Shown: positions 24,042-38,334, counted from the first letter of the whole stretch. The stretch is 62,880 nucleotides of DNA, filler included, from Octopus bimaculoides (GCF_001194135.2; 8 parts of 7 records of this genome joined end to end with filler, not necessarily neighbours in it), one strand, 5' to 3'. Numbers and translations are program-made. The notes: generated by a model not told the origin, from the sequence alone.

Positions 24042-25306
24042 CTGAAAAGAAGACAGAAAATCTGCTGTCAGGTTATTGAGTTTTTATGCAAGGAGTTGGG
24101 TATCTCGCTTCTGCTAACATTCAAATCTGAAACACTGATTAAATCTGAAAAATGATTAAGATACTCAATTTGACAAGGCCATGAAGAGCTGAAATCATGT
24201 GATCTGGTTGTCCTGGCAGTGGCGATAGTGGTTGATTTATCTTCTAGCAATATAAACAAGAGAGCTTATGTGCACCAAAAGTCCATATGAGAGGTTCTCT
24301 CATGTTAACTATTGCAGTATTTTGTGTCCTAACACAGCATCCACTTTTAAGTGGTGATATATATATATATATATATACATATATATANNNNNNNNNNNNN
24401 NNNNNNNNNNNNNNNNNNNNNNNNNNNNNNNNNNNNNNNNNNNNNNNNNNNNNNNNNNNNNNNNNNNNNNNNNNNNNNNNNNNNNNNNNNNNNNNNNNNN
24501 NNNNNNNNNNNNNNNNNNNNNNNNNNNNNNNNNNNNNNNNNNNNNNNNNNNNNNNNNNNNNNNNNNNNNNNNNNNNNNNNNNNNNNNNNNNNNNNNNNNN
24601 NNNNNNNNNNNNNNNNNNNNNNNNNNNNNNNNNNNNNNNNNNNNNNNNNNNNNNNNNNNNNNNNNNNNNNNNNNNNNNNNNNNNNNNNNNNNNNNNNNNN
24701 NNNNNNNNNNNNNNNNNNNNNNNNNNNNNNNNNNNNNNNNNNNNNNNNNNNNNNNNNNNNNNNNNNNNNNNNNNNNNNNNNNNNNNNNNNNNNNNNNNNN
24801 NNNNNNNNNNNNNNNNNNNNNNNNNNNNNNNNNNNNNNNNNNNNNNNNNNNNNNNNNNNNNNNNNNNNNNNNNNNNNNNNNNNNNNNNNNNNNNNNNNNN
24901 NNNNNNNNNNNNNNNNNNNNNNNNNNNNNNNNNNNNNNNNNNNNNNNNNNNNNNNNNNNNNNNNNNNNNNNNNNNNNNNNNNNNNNNNNNNNNNNNNNNN
25001 NNNNNNNNNNNNNNNNNNNNNNNNNNNNNNNNNNNNNNNNNNNNNNNNNNNNNNNNNNNNNNNNNNNNNNNNNNNNNNNNNNNNNNNNNNNNNNNNNNNN
25101 NNNNNNNNNNNNNNNNNNNNNNNNNNNNNNNNNNNNNNNNNNNNNNNNNNNNNNNNNNNNNNNNNNNNNNNNNNNNNNNNNNNNNNNNNNNNNNNNNNNN
25201 NNNNNNNNNNNNNNNNNNNNNNNNNNNNNNNNNNNNNNNNNNNNNNNNNNNNNNNNNNNNNNNNNNNNNNNNNNNNNNNNNNNNNNNNNNNNNNNNNNNN
25301 NNNNNA

Positions 25307-25640
25307 TCATCATCATCATCGTTTAACGTCCGCTTTCCATGCTAGCATGGGTTGGACGATTTGACTGAGGACTGGTGAAACTGGATGGCAACACCAGGCT
25401 CCAATCTAATTTGGCAGAGTTTCTACAGCTGGATGCCCTTCCTAATGCCAACCACTCAGAGAGTGTAGTCGGTGCTTTTACGTGTCACCCGCACGAAGGC
25501 CAGTCAGGCGGTACTGGCAACGGCCACGCTCGAAATGGTGTCTTTTATGTGCCACCCGCTCAAAAGCCAGTCCAGGGGCACTGGCAACGATCTCGCTCGA
25601 AAACCCTACGAAGGCCAGTCAGGCGGCACTGGCAACGGCC
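25307..25640 (-). mobile_element. RTE LINE 3'-UTR fragment with (ATG)n tail and internal subrepeats
   Basis: Reverse complement resembles 53160-53365, the 3' end of the RTE at 52000; near-identical to 28219-28416. Confidence 0.8.
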
Positions 25641-26418
25641 ACAGTATATAGCACTGAACTTTGAAAACAAAAATCATGAATTTATGGAAATATGAAAGAT
25701 TTTTATCTTTAATATAGAGTAAAGTGTCAAAATAAAATGAAAGTATGCAGATGTTTAAATAGAGTAGATAGATGTGTTCAAAGAATAAACTAGGCAATAA
25801 TACAAAAGCTATCTATCTACTACCATCAGTCACTCAGGATCCATAGCCTGAGAGGCTGCAGGTGCACAGCAAGGGACACAACCACTTTTTTCTATCTTTT
25901 CTTGGTCACCAACTAACTCCATGTATTACATCTTCATCACTGTCTATTCATTCATGTCACTTTCAGGTCTTCTTGTACCTTTATTACTAACCAATGGTAA
26001 TCTAGTTGCTTTTTGCTTACATTCTCATGTCCTTTCACTTTTCCTCCCAAATTAATAGTTATATTTTAGTACATCAGCATCTTCATCATCAATTTAACAC
26101 GTTTCTCCTTGCTTGTGTGGGTCAGATGAAAGTATGTTGGGAGAGAGTTTTCTATGGCTGGATGCCTCTCATGTCACCAACCCTCATTTGTTTTCAAGTG
26201 AAGTAATAATTTCCCAGCCTACTGAATAACAAACAGTTTGGCCATGCTTATGTGAAGAACCATAAACTACTGATACTGTATGAACGAGCCTTTTGCTTAC
26301 AAAGATCATGCAACATGTCAGGACATGCCAAGAATGCCAGGCATGCTTTTGTGGTGAGTTGCAAGTAAATAATATCATTAAGTAGATCATTGTTTACAAT
26401 TTAGTGAACACTTCTACT

Positions 26419-26579
26419 GGCATAGGAGTGGCTGTGTGGTAAGTAGCTTGCTTACCAACCACATGGTTCCGGGTTCAGTCCCACTGCGTGGCACCTTGGG
26501 CAAGTGTCTTCTACTATAGCCTCAGGCCGACCACAGCTTTGTGAGTGGATTTGGTAGACGGAAACTGAAAGAAGCCCGT

Positions 26580-26636
<57 letters not shown>

Positions 26637-26710
26637 ATGTGTGTGTGTGTGTGTGCATATGTTTGCGTGTCTGTGTTTGTCCCCACCAACATCGCTTGAC
26701 AACCGATGCA
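26419..26710 (+). mobile_element. SINE family B, 3'-truncated
   Basis: Matches the 23369 copy up to cttgacaaccgatg. Confidence 0.9.
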
Positions 26711-26812
26711 TCACTATTTGGTTGTATTTGATGTATTTGCATCATTTTATTGCTGTGTCAGAAGCATCAATCAGTGGGGGAAAATATTAATACTGAGTAT
26801 TAACATGAGAGA

Positions 26813-27152
26813 GTGAAGGTGCATGGCTCAGTGGTTAGAGCGTTGAGTTTACGATCGTGAGGTTGTGAGTTCGATTCCCGGACAGGGCTGCGTGTTGTGT
26901 TCTTGAGCAAGACACTTTATTTCACGTTGCTCCAGTTCACTCAGCTGTAGAACTGAGTTGCGACATCACCGGTGCCAAGCTGTATCGGCCCCTTTGCCTT
27001 TCCCTTGGATAACACTGGTGGTGTGGAGAGAGGAGGCTGGTATGCATGGGTGACTGCTTGCCTTCCATAAACAATCTTGCCCAGCCTTCTGCTTCTGAAG
27101 GTAACTTTCTAGGTGCAATTCCATGGTCATTCAATGACCGAAGGGGGGCTCT
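26813..27152 (+). mobile_element. SINE family C, full length with tRNA-like head
   Basis: tggctcagtgg (A box) and gagttcgattccc (B box), then a CORE-like segment; body matches 14471-14706. Confidence 0.88.
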
Positions 27153-27241
27153 AACATGAGAGGATGATACCTTATCTAACCAAGTACTTATTGTAACTGT
27201 GTGGGACTTTAAATATCAAAGCTATTAAACAGGTAAGTTAC

Positions 27242-27376
27242 CTGGAATATTTGGTAAAATATCCTTCATTTCTTTTGCTGAAGAAGTCAAGGTTGGCGAG
27301 GTAAGACGTATTCTTTTATGCAACATTATGCTTGACTTTGCTTTCTTGAGTTTCCGAGGTGTTAATCTGTGAAGAC
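27242..27376 (-). CDS. ITIH-like gene linker exon (LHRLTPRKLKKAK...KDILPNIP)
   Basis: atcatcttttccAG / GTAACT; 135 nt, phase 1-1, open. Confidence 0.6.
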
Positions 27377-28016
27377 CTGGAAAAGATGATATTACCATTA
27401 TCATAAATCTGAAAGAAGATGATTGATTGATTGATTGTTCAGCAATTAGATCACTCACTTCTCCATCTATCTCACACACTTCAACAACTAGCTTATGAAT
27501 CATCAAGAAGCCTCTATGAGGTTGCTTACCTTGACAGAAATCCTTGTCTTAAAGTGAAGGATACATTGAAGAATGTAGTCCCAGGTATGTAATGTACAAG
27601 GCAAGGATGGAATGACCCCTTACCAACCACAACAAACCTGCTATTGATGTCACCGCCACTAACTTCTATCATACCTCAAACCAGAGACACTACCACTGAT
27701 CAGGGTTCTAGGTTCCAATAAAGTTGGGACTTAATCCATATCACATCGACCCTTACCAGACACATTATGAGTCTGTAAGACTTTCAGTTAGTGGCCTTCA
27801 TAAGTTTAACTACTGGGTGTATAGAAAAGTATATTATGTGTGTGTGTGCGTGTATGTGTGTATGTTGTTTGATCCTTCTCGAGCCATGCCTGGCTCATAA
27901 GGGCCGGTTTCCTGGTTTCATTGGTGTATAGGTTCTCCACCTGGACGGGACGCCGGTCCGTCGCAGTATGTGAATCTGTATGCAAGTAATTCAATGTCTG
28001 TGTGTATGTGTGTGCG

Positions 28017-28074
<58 letters not shown>

Positions 28075-28185
28075 TTTACACAGATGCATACAGACACGCA
28101 TATATATATACATACTTGTATACGGATATATCTCAAAATACACACATATACATTCTTATCTATCTCTTTGTCAGTCTGTATGTAT

Positions 28186-28218
<33 letters not shown>

Positions 28219-28416
28219 TCATCATCATCATCATCATCGTTTAACGTCCGCTTTCCATGCTAGCATGGGTTGGACGATTTGACTGAGGACTGGTGAAACC
28301 GGATGGCAACACCAGGCTCCAGTCTGATTTGGCAGAGTTTCTACAGCTGGATGCCCTTCCTAACGCCAACCACTCAGAGAGTGTAGTGGGTGCTTTTACG
28401 TGTCACCCGCACGAAA
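28219..28416 (-). mobile_element. RTE LINE 3'-UTR fragment
   Basis: Near-identical to 25307-25499. Confidence 0.85.
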
Positions 28417-31189
28417 NNNNNNNNNNNNNNNNNNNNNNNNNNNNNNNNNNNNNNNNNNNNNNNNNNNNNNNNNNNNNNNNNNNNNNNNNNNNNNNNNNNN
28501 NNNNNNNNNNNNNNNNNNNNNNNNNNNNNNNNNNNNNNNNNNNNNNNNNNNNNNNNNNNNNNNNNNNNNNNNNNNNNNNNNNNNNNNNNNNNNNNNNNNN
28601 NNNNNNNNNNNNNNNNNNNNNNNNNNNNNNNNNNNNNNNNNNNNNNNNNNNNNNNNNNNNNNNNNNNNNNNNNNNNNNNNNNNNNNNNNNNNNNNNNNNN
28701 NNNNNNNNNNNNNNNNNNNNNNNNNNNNNNNNNNNNNNNNNNNNNNNNNNNNNNNNNNNNNNNNNNNNNNNNNNNNNNNNNNNNNNNNNNNNNNNNNNNN
28801 NNNNNNNNNNNNNNNNNNNNNNNNNNNNNNNNNNNNNNNNNNNNNNNNNNNNNNNNNNNNNNNNNNNNNNNNNNNNNNNNNNNNNNNNNNNNNNNNNNNN
28901 NNNNNNNNNNNNNNNNNNNNNNNNNNNNNNNNNNNNNNNNNNNNNNNNNNNNNNNNNNNNNNNNNNNNNNNNNNNNNNNNNNNNNNNNNNNNNNNNNNNN
29001 NNNNNNNNNNNNNNNNNNNNNNNNNNNNNNNNNNNNNNNNNNNNNNNNNNNNNNNNNNNNNNNNNNNNNNNNNNNNNNNNNNNNNNNNNNNNNNNNNNNN
29101 NNNNNNNNNNNNNNNNNNNNNNNNNNNNNNNNNNNNNNNNNNNNNNNNNNNNNNNNNNNNNNNNNNNNNNNNNNNNNNNNNNNNNNNNNNNNNNNNNNNN
29201 NNNNNNNNNNNNNNNNNNNNNNNNNNNNNNNNNNNNNNNNNNNNNNNNNNNNNNNNNNNNNNNNNNNNNNNNNNNNNNNNNNNNNNNNNNNTACATATAA
29301 TATATATGCAGTGTTAATTCAAATTTGTGGCATAGTGGATCGAATCCACTTCACGCCTGCCAGATTCCTATATACATATATATATATATATATACTTTAT
29401 CTTTTAAATTGTTTATGGTAACGTTTTGAATATGCAAGATAAAGCTCCTATTCCATTATGCCGGCCACCGTCTAATGATGCTAACTAGTGTGTCAGTTTT
29501 TCTCTGAGTTGCATCAAGTTATACCGATATAATGGAGGATAAATGTATGTACACCCCACCCCCCACACACGCATATAACAGATAGACGTACATATACATT
29601 CTTAGATCTATACGCATATCCGCAATAGTCAAAATTTTAAGTGAAATGTTTATAATGCAAGGGAGGTAATCTGATAATCTGGAAACTCACGTCGGCCATT
29701 TCTTTCAGCGAGTTGTAATCAACCAAATAAATACACCTCCCATGGATTGACTTTAAAGGAGCAGTCAGATTTGTCAACACACTTTGGAAGGTGGCACTCA
29801 ATGTGCAAGCCATTGAGCAGAAGGCAGCAACATCATCAGCGCCGCCGCCGCCGCCGCTGTCGCGTTGCCGCTGCCGTCGCCACCACCACCACCACCACCA
29901 CCACCACCACCGCCATGATCATCATCATGATCATCATCACAACGGCGGCGCTTTTTGTGGAGGCGACACTTTTGGGTCTGCTGTACAGGGAAAGGGGAGA
30001 GGGTACGAAAAACACCTGGAAAAAACAGGTGCACTGCGAACAAAATACACATTGAGATGTTTGTTCNNNNNNNNNNNNNNNNNNNNNNNNNNNNNNNNNN
30101 NNNNNNNNNNNNNNNNNNNNNNNNNNNNNNNNNNNNNNNNNNNNNNNNNNNNNNNNNNNNNNNNNNNNNNNNNNNNNNNNNNNNNNNNNNNNNNNNNNNN
30201 NNNNNNNNNNNNNNNNNNNNNNNNNNNNNNNNNNNNNNNNNNNNNNNNNNNNNNNNNNNNNNNNNNNNNNNNNNNNNNNNNNNNNNNNNNNNNNNNNNNN
30301 NNNNNNNNNNNNNNNNNNNNNNNNNNNNNNNNNNNNNNNNNNNNNNNNNNNNNNNNNNNNNNNNNNNNNNNNNNNNNNNNNNNNNNNNNNNNNNNNNNNN
30401 NNNNNNNNNNNNNNNNNNNNNNNNNNNNNNNNNNNNNNNNNNNNNNNNNNNNNNNNNNNNNNNNNNNNNNNNNNNNNNNNNNNNNNNNNNNNNNNNNNNN
30501 NNNNNNNNNNNNNNNNNNNNNNNNNNNNNNNNNNNNNNNNNNNNNNNNNNNNNNNNNNNNNNNNNNNNNNNNNNNNNNNNNNNNNNNNNNNNNNNNNNNN
30601 NNNNNNNNNNNNNNNNNNNNNNNNNNNNNNNNNNNNNNNNNNNNNNNNNNNNNNNNNNNNNNNNNNNNNNNNTACGCACTGGGGTCGACGCAATCGACTT
30701 TAATCCCTTCCCCCAAATTTGAGGCCTTGTGCTTCCACTAGAAAGGATTATTTGCTTGTCTTAAATATTGGTTTCAAATTTTGGTACATGGCCTGCAGCT
30801 TCAGGGGATGGGATAAGTCGATTATACCGATCCCAGTATTCACCTGGTACTTATTTTACCGACTCCGAAAGGATAAAAATCAAAATTAGCCTCGGCGAAA
30901 TTCGAACTCATAACGTAAAGACTGACTAAATACGACTAAGCATTTGGCCCAACGCACTTACGATTCTGCTTGCTTACCGCCTTGCCAATCTTAAATATTG
31001 GTATTAAAAATTCATATAATATCTACGTTACATATTAGCAAGTTAGTTTTAATTCATAATACACTTGTTTTCATGTAAATTGGATCAATCCGAAAATCAG
31101 GTGTATGTATGTATGTATGTATGTGCATGTATGTGTGTATATGTTCGTATTATGGACTGTATGGAAGCCTGTCATGTATATGTGTGTGT

Positions 31190-31234
<45 letters not shown>

Positions 31235-31244
31235 NNNNNNNNNN

Positions 31245-31275
<31 letters not shown>

Positions 31276-31959
31276 TGTGTGTGTGTGTATGCATGTAAGT
31301 ATGTGTGTTTGTATATATGTATGTATGTATGCATGCATTTATGTATGCATATGTTTGTATTATGTAATGTATGGAAGCCTGTCATGTATATATGTGTGTG
31401 TGAGTGTGTATGTGTGAGTGTGTGTGTATGCATGTGTGCATGTGTATGTATGTATGTATGTATGTATGTATGTATGTATGTCATTGTTCAGTTTTATTTC
31501 AAAATTTCTTACCAAGGCTCTTTCATTGGAATTTTAACATCAACAACAGGATATTTTGTATGTATGTATGTATGCATGTATGTATGTATGTATGTATGTA
31601 TGTATGTATGTATGTATGCATGCATGCATGTATGTATGTATGTATGTATGTTGTCTAAGAGTCCATAAGTCAGAGTAAAAGGCATTCCTATATCTGTCAG
31701 CAGAGTGTGTATATTAATCGAAGTGTACAGTATATTTCATAAAGGATATATCTAACGAGCGCAGGATTACATAATCAGACATTTACCTAACACTCTGTTG
31801 AACCTCCTAGAGCGAAACCGATTGGTAAAATCGGCGTTTTGTTTCTCTCTTTTTCCCCTGATGAGAAGATTGCACTGTTTTACATCATTTTATTCCTTCT
31901 GGAATAAAATTGTTGTTTCTTTTCAGATATCATCAGAAAATGATAATTAAAATTCATTC

Positions 31960-32389
31960 AAATGACAGATCTATTGGACTTTCAAAGAGGTCAAATTGTT
32001 GGTGCTCGTATGGCAGGCGCTAGCGTAACGAAAACAGCCGAAATGTCTGGTGTATCAAGAAGTACTATCTCGAAAATAATGACAGCCTTTGAGAAAGAGG
32101 GGAAAACCTCCTCATCGAAAGAAAACACCGGAAGAAAACCAAAACCTTCAGATAGGGACCGTCGGACTCTTACGCGAATTGTTAGAAAGGATCAGAAAAA
32201 TAGAGCTTAATGACCACCTCGAGAACCCAATTTCCATAAAAAATGTTCGTCGGGAGCTGCACAAAGCTGGATTTCACGGGAGGGCCGGAATCAGAAAACC
32301 ACTACTTTCATAAACAAACGTTGCAAAGCGTTTAGAGTGGAGTAAAAACCTACAGAATTGGTCCCTAGAGCAGTGGAAGAATGTTATTT
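31960..32389 (+). mobile_element. Tc1-like transposase relic, N-terminal half
   Basis: MTDLLDFQRGQIVGARMAGASVTKTAEMSGVSRSTISK..GRKPK..RTLTRIVRK, then VRRELHKAGFHGR..RKPLLS and RLEW..W..EQWKNVI. Confidence 0.9.
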
Positions 32390-32409
32390 NNNNNNNNNNN
32401 NNNNNNNNN

Positions 32410-32460
<51 letters not shown>

Positions 32461-32539
32461 TATATATATATATATCTTATCTTTAATTTGTTTCAGTCAT
32501 TAAACCGCGGCCATGCTGGGACACTGCTTTAAGAAATTT

Positions 32540-32595
<56 letters not shown>

Positions 32596-32899
32596 ACACA
32601 CAAACACACACACATATCGGTGGCTCTGTTTGCATGCATAATAGGAACTACCGATTGAGATCTAGTTGAAATGAAAGGATGTTGTAAAACAAAGACTCAC
32701 CCATATATAAAGCTGCAATTGTGGGCATTAAATCTTGAAATTCATCTGAAAAGAAAAGAGGGGAAAATTTACCGAGCTAATTGCCGTACTCATACTCTAA
32801 TACAATGCATGTCACATACACACCTACATAAATACGCACTATGCATTACAGACACACACACACGCAGTATACACAATAGAGTTCCTTGCAAGTTTCTGT

Positions 32900-33290
32900 G
32901 AATGTCCCACAAAAATGTCTTCTTTGCATAGTCAAACACCCTTCACATGTCCACAAAGACAATGAAAACGTCGCTACTTGCATTTCCCTTGAAACTGCGT
33001 CGTAACGAATATGATGTCGGCTGTGCCTTAATGTCTATGAAAGCCGGCAGTGTGATTGATGTGATTGACTGGTTCACCCTTTTTAGTATGACCTTACCCA
33101 GAGCCTTCTTAGCACTGAACTGCAATGATATGCCCATACTGTTGGAACAAATAGATCTGTCTCTCTTGTCGTGATGTAGTCCAGTCGAGCCCTGCTCTTG
33201 CAGTTAGTCCAATAGCACGCATGCAGTCAGCTCAATAATAAGGCGCGACACTCAGATGCATTCTCCCACATTGTAATGATTGATGATATG
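32900..33290 (-). mobile_element. Possible highly degraded LINE RT fragment
   Basis: GC-richer patch with a weak AFIDIKA motif only. Confidence 0.25.
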
Positions 33291-33349
33291 GTATGCAACG
33301 TGACAGTCTGGATATGTCAAACCCTTCCCACTGTCCCAACTATTTCTGT

Positions 33350-33845
33350 ACGCTGTCAGTTTTTTGTGGCCACCATATTAAATCCCATCCTAACCTGAAC
33401 AATAATAGTAAAGTAGTAAATGGCCATCATACTGAATATAATGGTGCACATCAAAATAGTAATATGAATAAAAAAGGAAATACATATTGTGACTGCAAAG
33501 TCAGAAACAACTGTTTGTTTAATGATCATTGTAAGCAAAAAAAAAAAGACCAAAAATAAGGACAAAACCAAAAGAAACAAACAAGAATAACAACAACAAA
33601 ACGTAGTATATAGGTGTAGAGTGAATTCTGAGGGCAAGAATTTCTTTTACATCAGTACAATGGAAAACTTTATGAAAAAACGCATCACTAATCACAATTA
33701 TGCCTTTAATGATAAAAATAAGTAATCTTCTTCTAACTTTAGTAAATTTATTTGGGACTTAAAGGACAAAAATAAAATGCTTACTGTGGAGTGAGAAATA
33801 ATAGGCAGTACCGGTGCTTATAAAAAGAGTGGTAAGAACATAAAC
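33350..33845 (+). mobile_element. Penelope-like GIY-YIG relic
   Basis: CDCKVRNNCLFNDHC, then frameshifted VVYRCRVNSEGKNFFY, KRITNH and SKFIWDLKDK...EII. Confidence 0.75.
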
Positions 33846-34335
33846 CCGAAGGCATCATCGAAAATGATAATGCAGAGATACTATGGGATTTTGAGATTTA
33901 GTGCTACCATGAGATAGAGAATAGGAAGCCAGACATAGTGTTAATTGAGAAAGAAAGCAAACGATGCTGGATCATAGATATAGCATGCCTAGCTGACAGC
34001 AAGGTATGCGATAAAGAAGAAAGAAAATCGATAAATATGACAGGTTAGCGTGGGATGTTAAGAAGTTGTGGTCGATGAAAAAAGTGGTAGTACCAATAAT
34101 TGTCGGAGCCCTGGGAACAGTGAGCAAAAATCTTGAGAAGTACATGGAACAAATAGGGGTTGCAATAAGGATGGAGCACTTGCAGAAAACAGCACTGCTT
34201 GGAACCACTCGAATACTCCGGATGGTGCTCGCAAAATAAGGGGTGTTACCTTAGTTCACCGGTAGTGAACAGCTGACACCGTAGTACATCTCCAGCGTTA
34301 GAAGCTGTGCAAAGACAATAAATAATGATAATAAT
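33846..34335 (+). mobile_element. R4/Dong-like non-LTR element, 3' end with restriction-like endonuclease
   Basis: ENDNAEILWDF..NRKPDIVLIEKESKRCWIIDIAC..KYDRLA..PIIVGALGTV..LQKTALLGTTRILRMVL. Confidence 0.88.
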
Positions 34336-35349
34336 ATTTTATTATTTAGCCGTTATTACTAGAGATTACAACTGGGTGAATTATAAAAAAATTTCTTAAG
34401 TGATTAAGTGTTTTACTGACATTTCGGTCTATGCTAACAAATAATGTAAATTAGGAATACTGTTATTATTTATAGGTAAAGTTATCGTATCGAAATATTG
34501 TTCAAGGTAACTAACGGATACTTTCGTAACACATTACTCGCACACGCGATCAAATGCATTAATAAATTTGCATGTATATATTCTTCCCCTGACATAAGCA
34601 CCTACGTAAACATTTTAACGTGAAAAAGGATGGTTATTCTATTCAAGGGAGGCAACTTACAATGACAAGTCTATTAGAGTGGTTTCCCTTTAACAATTTG
34701 TTTTTGCTTTGAATTTGAACTGCCCTGATAACTTTGGTGGGTGATCTACGCGCTTATTTTAATTATTATATGGTTTTGTTATTATTAAAATAGTAAGAAT
34801 TTTGAAAAAAATACATTTACAATGCTAAGTATGTACAAAATAATTTTAAAAATAACCCTCGTAGATCACACGCCATGTCTATGAAGAGTATGAGACCGCT
34901 TCGTTGTCGACCATTTGGCGTCAGTGATTCGACGCTGACATATTTGACACCATACGTCTTAATGTTTCTCTCGTCCTGCTTTTTCTCTCCCCTCGCCCTT
35001 TTCTCTGTGTTTATGTGTGTGAGCATATTTATCTTTATGTGTGTGAAGAGAGGGAAAGTGCTTATGTCAATCGGGTTCAATTAGTTAATAATATTGTGAC
35101 TTACATTCTCATTCTCTATCTGTATATGTATATTTCTGAGCGCATGCGCGTGCGTGCGTTCGTGTGTGTATGTGTGTGTGTTTTGCGCACGCGTGTGTGT
35201 CTTTGCATCCAGCGTCTAAAAGTGGTGTTGCCAAAAGAGATTAAATGACTAGTCAGCCGTGCTAACTCACCAGCGTTCAGACTGTCAAGCCCAAGCATGT
35301 CATTCAAGTCTATGAAAGTTGCTTAAAATGGTATGAATTATAAAATTAC

Positions 35350-35422
35350 CTTCTTCAAAAAGTTTCTCTTTAATTCTGGATCTGGTGACAACCATTGACG
35401 TTAATGGTGTGACAAATTTATA
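35350..35422 (-). CDS. ITIH-like gene exon YKFVTPLTSMVVTRSRIKEKLFEE
   Basis: The ITIH hallmark FVTPLTSMVV follows LDLALK; tcttccttgcaacAG / GTAATT; 73 nt, phase 0-1. Too short for the ORF track. Confidence 0.92.
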
Positions 35423-36483
35423 CTGTTGCAAGGAAGAATATTACTTTTTAGTACAACAGACATATGAAACAATGTTACAATACATACAAATGACATAATT
35501 AAAACTCTATCAACTCTATAGTTCATGTATTTTCATTGATGGCATAATTTTGATGGTAATATATAGGTGCAGAAAGCGTCGAACTGACAAAATCGTTAGC
35601 ACGCCTGGAACAATGCCTAGTGGCATTTTGTGCGTCTCTACGTTTTGAGTTCAAATTCCTCTGAGGTCGATTTTGCCTTTCATCCTTTTGTGATCGATAA
35701 AATAAGTACCAGTTGATCACTTGGATCGGTGTAACCGATTTACTCCCTCACCCGAAATTGCTGGCCTTGTGCCAAAATTTGAAACCAGTATATAAGTGCA
35801 GACATATCTGTGGGGTTGAGAAGTATACTTTGCAATAACGTGGTTTCCGGTTGAGTCCCACTTGGGCGAGTGTCTTCTACTATGGCCGCGAGTCGACCAG
35901 TGCTTTATATTTGGTTGACAGAAATAGCAAGGAAGCCTGTCGTACATATATGTGTCTTTGTGCATGTGTCCCCCACCGTCACTGCTTGACAACCGGCAAT
36001 AGTCTGTTTACTTCCCTGTAACTTATCAGTTCGACAAAAGTGACCGATTGAACTAGTACCAGTCTTAAAAGTAAGTACTGGGGTCGATATGTTTGATTAA
36101 AACCCTCCAAGATTGTACCCCAGCACAGTCTCATCCAGTGACCGAAAAAAGTGAAAGATAAAAGACATAAGTTTCAAAAACCGTAATCACTGATAAGCAA
36201 TCACTGATATTCCTTTCCAACAAAGTCTGGCTATTTCCTAAGAAACCATCGTACACGCTTCCTGACGTAATAACGTTTAATTCATGTAGACGTCCAAAAA
36301 GAAACCGATTTTGTAAAAAGAAAAACAACGAAAAACAAACAAAAACAACAAAAAGCGCACCATTACACTGGCATGGCGTACCCGTGCTTTCGATGCTGTG
36401 AGTGGGTGGCCTTCACCTTCACCGCTTCATTAGTTACTGATATACACGTGCTTGGTGGAAGCGCAATGGCCTAGTGGTTAGGA

Positions 36484-36612
36484 GCTGAAAAGTGACTCAG
36501 TAAATTCTTCTCACCAAGACTCGGAGGTTTCCATCGTCAAGGCATTGACAAGCTAGTGGGATGTTGGCAAGAAATTGTGAATAACGAAGGAAAATATATT
36601 ATTGACTGGTTT
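36484..36612 (+). mobile_element. mariner transposase C-terminal relic
   Basis: HRQGIDKLVGCWQEIVNNEGKYIID. Confidence 0.7.
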
Positions 36613-36725
36613 GTTAAAATAACTGAAAAAAAAAAAGAAGAAAAACCCCAAAAGCAAGAACGAGTTTATCTGACAAATCAATAAATGAAATATAATTTAT
36701 CATAGCTTCATTTTCTTTTACTCAC

Positions 36726-37414
36726 CTTGAGTGCTAGATCAAGAATATCTTTTCTCACTTTTGTAGTTCTATCTTCTTTGAGAAGTTGTCTCAACGTAAG
36801 ATAAGCATAAGTCTTTTCGGTAATTTCAGAAAATGATTGAATATTAGTCAAAGTGGAATTTTGCGAAAAACCATCATGGTATATGATAAAGTTATCTCCA
36901 TATAATTCTAGTTCTAATATTTCGTTATCAATCCCCCAGCAGTTTGTCATTGTTAAACTCACATTTATAGTTGGTTGGTATTCTTGCGACAAAGCACCCG
37001 AAACAACTAATTCTGACCCTTTGAAGTAGCTGCTAAATGACGTAGAACTAGTTTTAACAGCACCATCTAAGTAAACAAATGTAATATCCTTTAATAAAAT
37101 GTTAGATATTTCTTTATAAAGATTTTCAATTTGTAGTCTACTGTCAGAGTCAACGTAGATCTTCCTACTAAAGCCTCCATTTTCTGTAGCAATCTCACGA
37201 AGAAATTTACTATCACAATCTTCTCCGAAACCAAGGGTAAATAGCGACACGTTTTTGTTGGCTTCTTTTACATTTTTCTTGATAAGTTCAACGACCCTGA
37301 CTCCTGAAGTTGCTTGGCCGTCAGTAAGAAATATGATGATACTTTTCTTTGTGGTGGATAAAACTGATTTATGTTTCTCTATACTTTCAAGGAGAGCAGC
37401 GTCAATGTTTGTAC
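36726..37414 (-). CDS. ITIH-like gene exon, second half of vWA and downstream region
   Basis: GTNIDAALL..IIIFLTDGQATSG..SLFTLGFG..ENGGFSRKIY..YFKGSELVVSG..TYAYLTLRQLL..LDLALK; ccAG / GTGAGT; 689 nt, phase 1-0. Confidence 0.95.
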
Positions 37415-38334
37415 CTGGAATAACAATGAAAAATATAATCTGCTGTATATTTATGAGGTGATTGTCAAGAGAATTTCTACGAATTATTGTAGAAATTTAG
37501 ATGCATTTATAACGGAAACTAGACTAGAACAAATTGTTAAAAAGAAAACCATCTGTCAATATAAAAATGACCATACACAAAGAAATCCTCTCACAAACCT
37601 ATAGCAACATACGACATAACTTACCACATATGAAAACACACAAGCCCCCATAGAGCGAGGAAAAAAGTACATCATAGACTACCATACACATACACACACA
37701 CACGTACACACACACGCACGTACACTTTTAAGTAAGATCCTAGGGCATAATGAAAATAGCATTGAGCTCTTTACATGAAACTCCGCCCCTCAAAAAACAA
37801 AAAAACAAAAAACAAAACAAAACATACATGCAAAAAAAAAATAAGGTATTCCAGCAAAATTAAAACACATTCAGAGGTAAATGCTGAACCTAAAGTGATG
37901 GTAAAGATCATACACATCATCATCATCCCACGACGGGCTTCTTTCAGGGTCTACAAATCAGCCAAGGGCTATAGAAGTCATTTGCCCAAGGCACCGTGCA
38001 GTGAAAACAATATATTCAATCACAATAAAAGTATACCTCACACATTACACTTATTAATAAACAGAAACCCCCACCCCCTAGGACGTCACACATTACAACA
38101 AATCTACAGGTGTTAACATCATGGGAAGCCTAACACGAAGAACAAATAAGAAAGAATAAGAAAAAAAAAACGTATAAAAATAGATGAAACAAGGGATTAA
38201 TGAGGGCGAGGATTTACAACTGTACATGCTTCATTTAAAGCGGATTATAACTTAAATAGATTAAAATTCTAAAATTTTATAATAATATAATGCAAGCTTT
38301 AGCAAAATTTATAGTATATAAAACTTTAACATAC

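Noticed and set aside
26813-26890. tRNA-like sequence (also 2040-2112 and the SINE B heads)
   Set aside because: No complete cloverleaf, and each continues into a SINE body.
29791-30066. Poly-Pro/poly-His ORF resembling a transcription-factor exon
   Set aside because: Made of (GCC)n/(CAC)n/(CAT)n microsatellites with no recognisable domain or convincing splice context.
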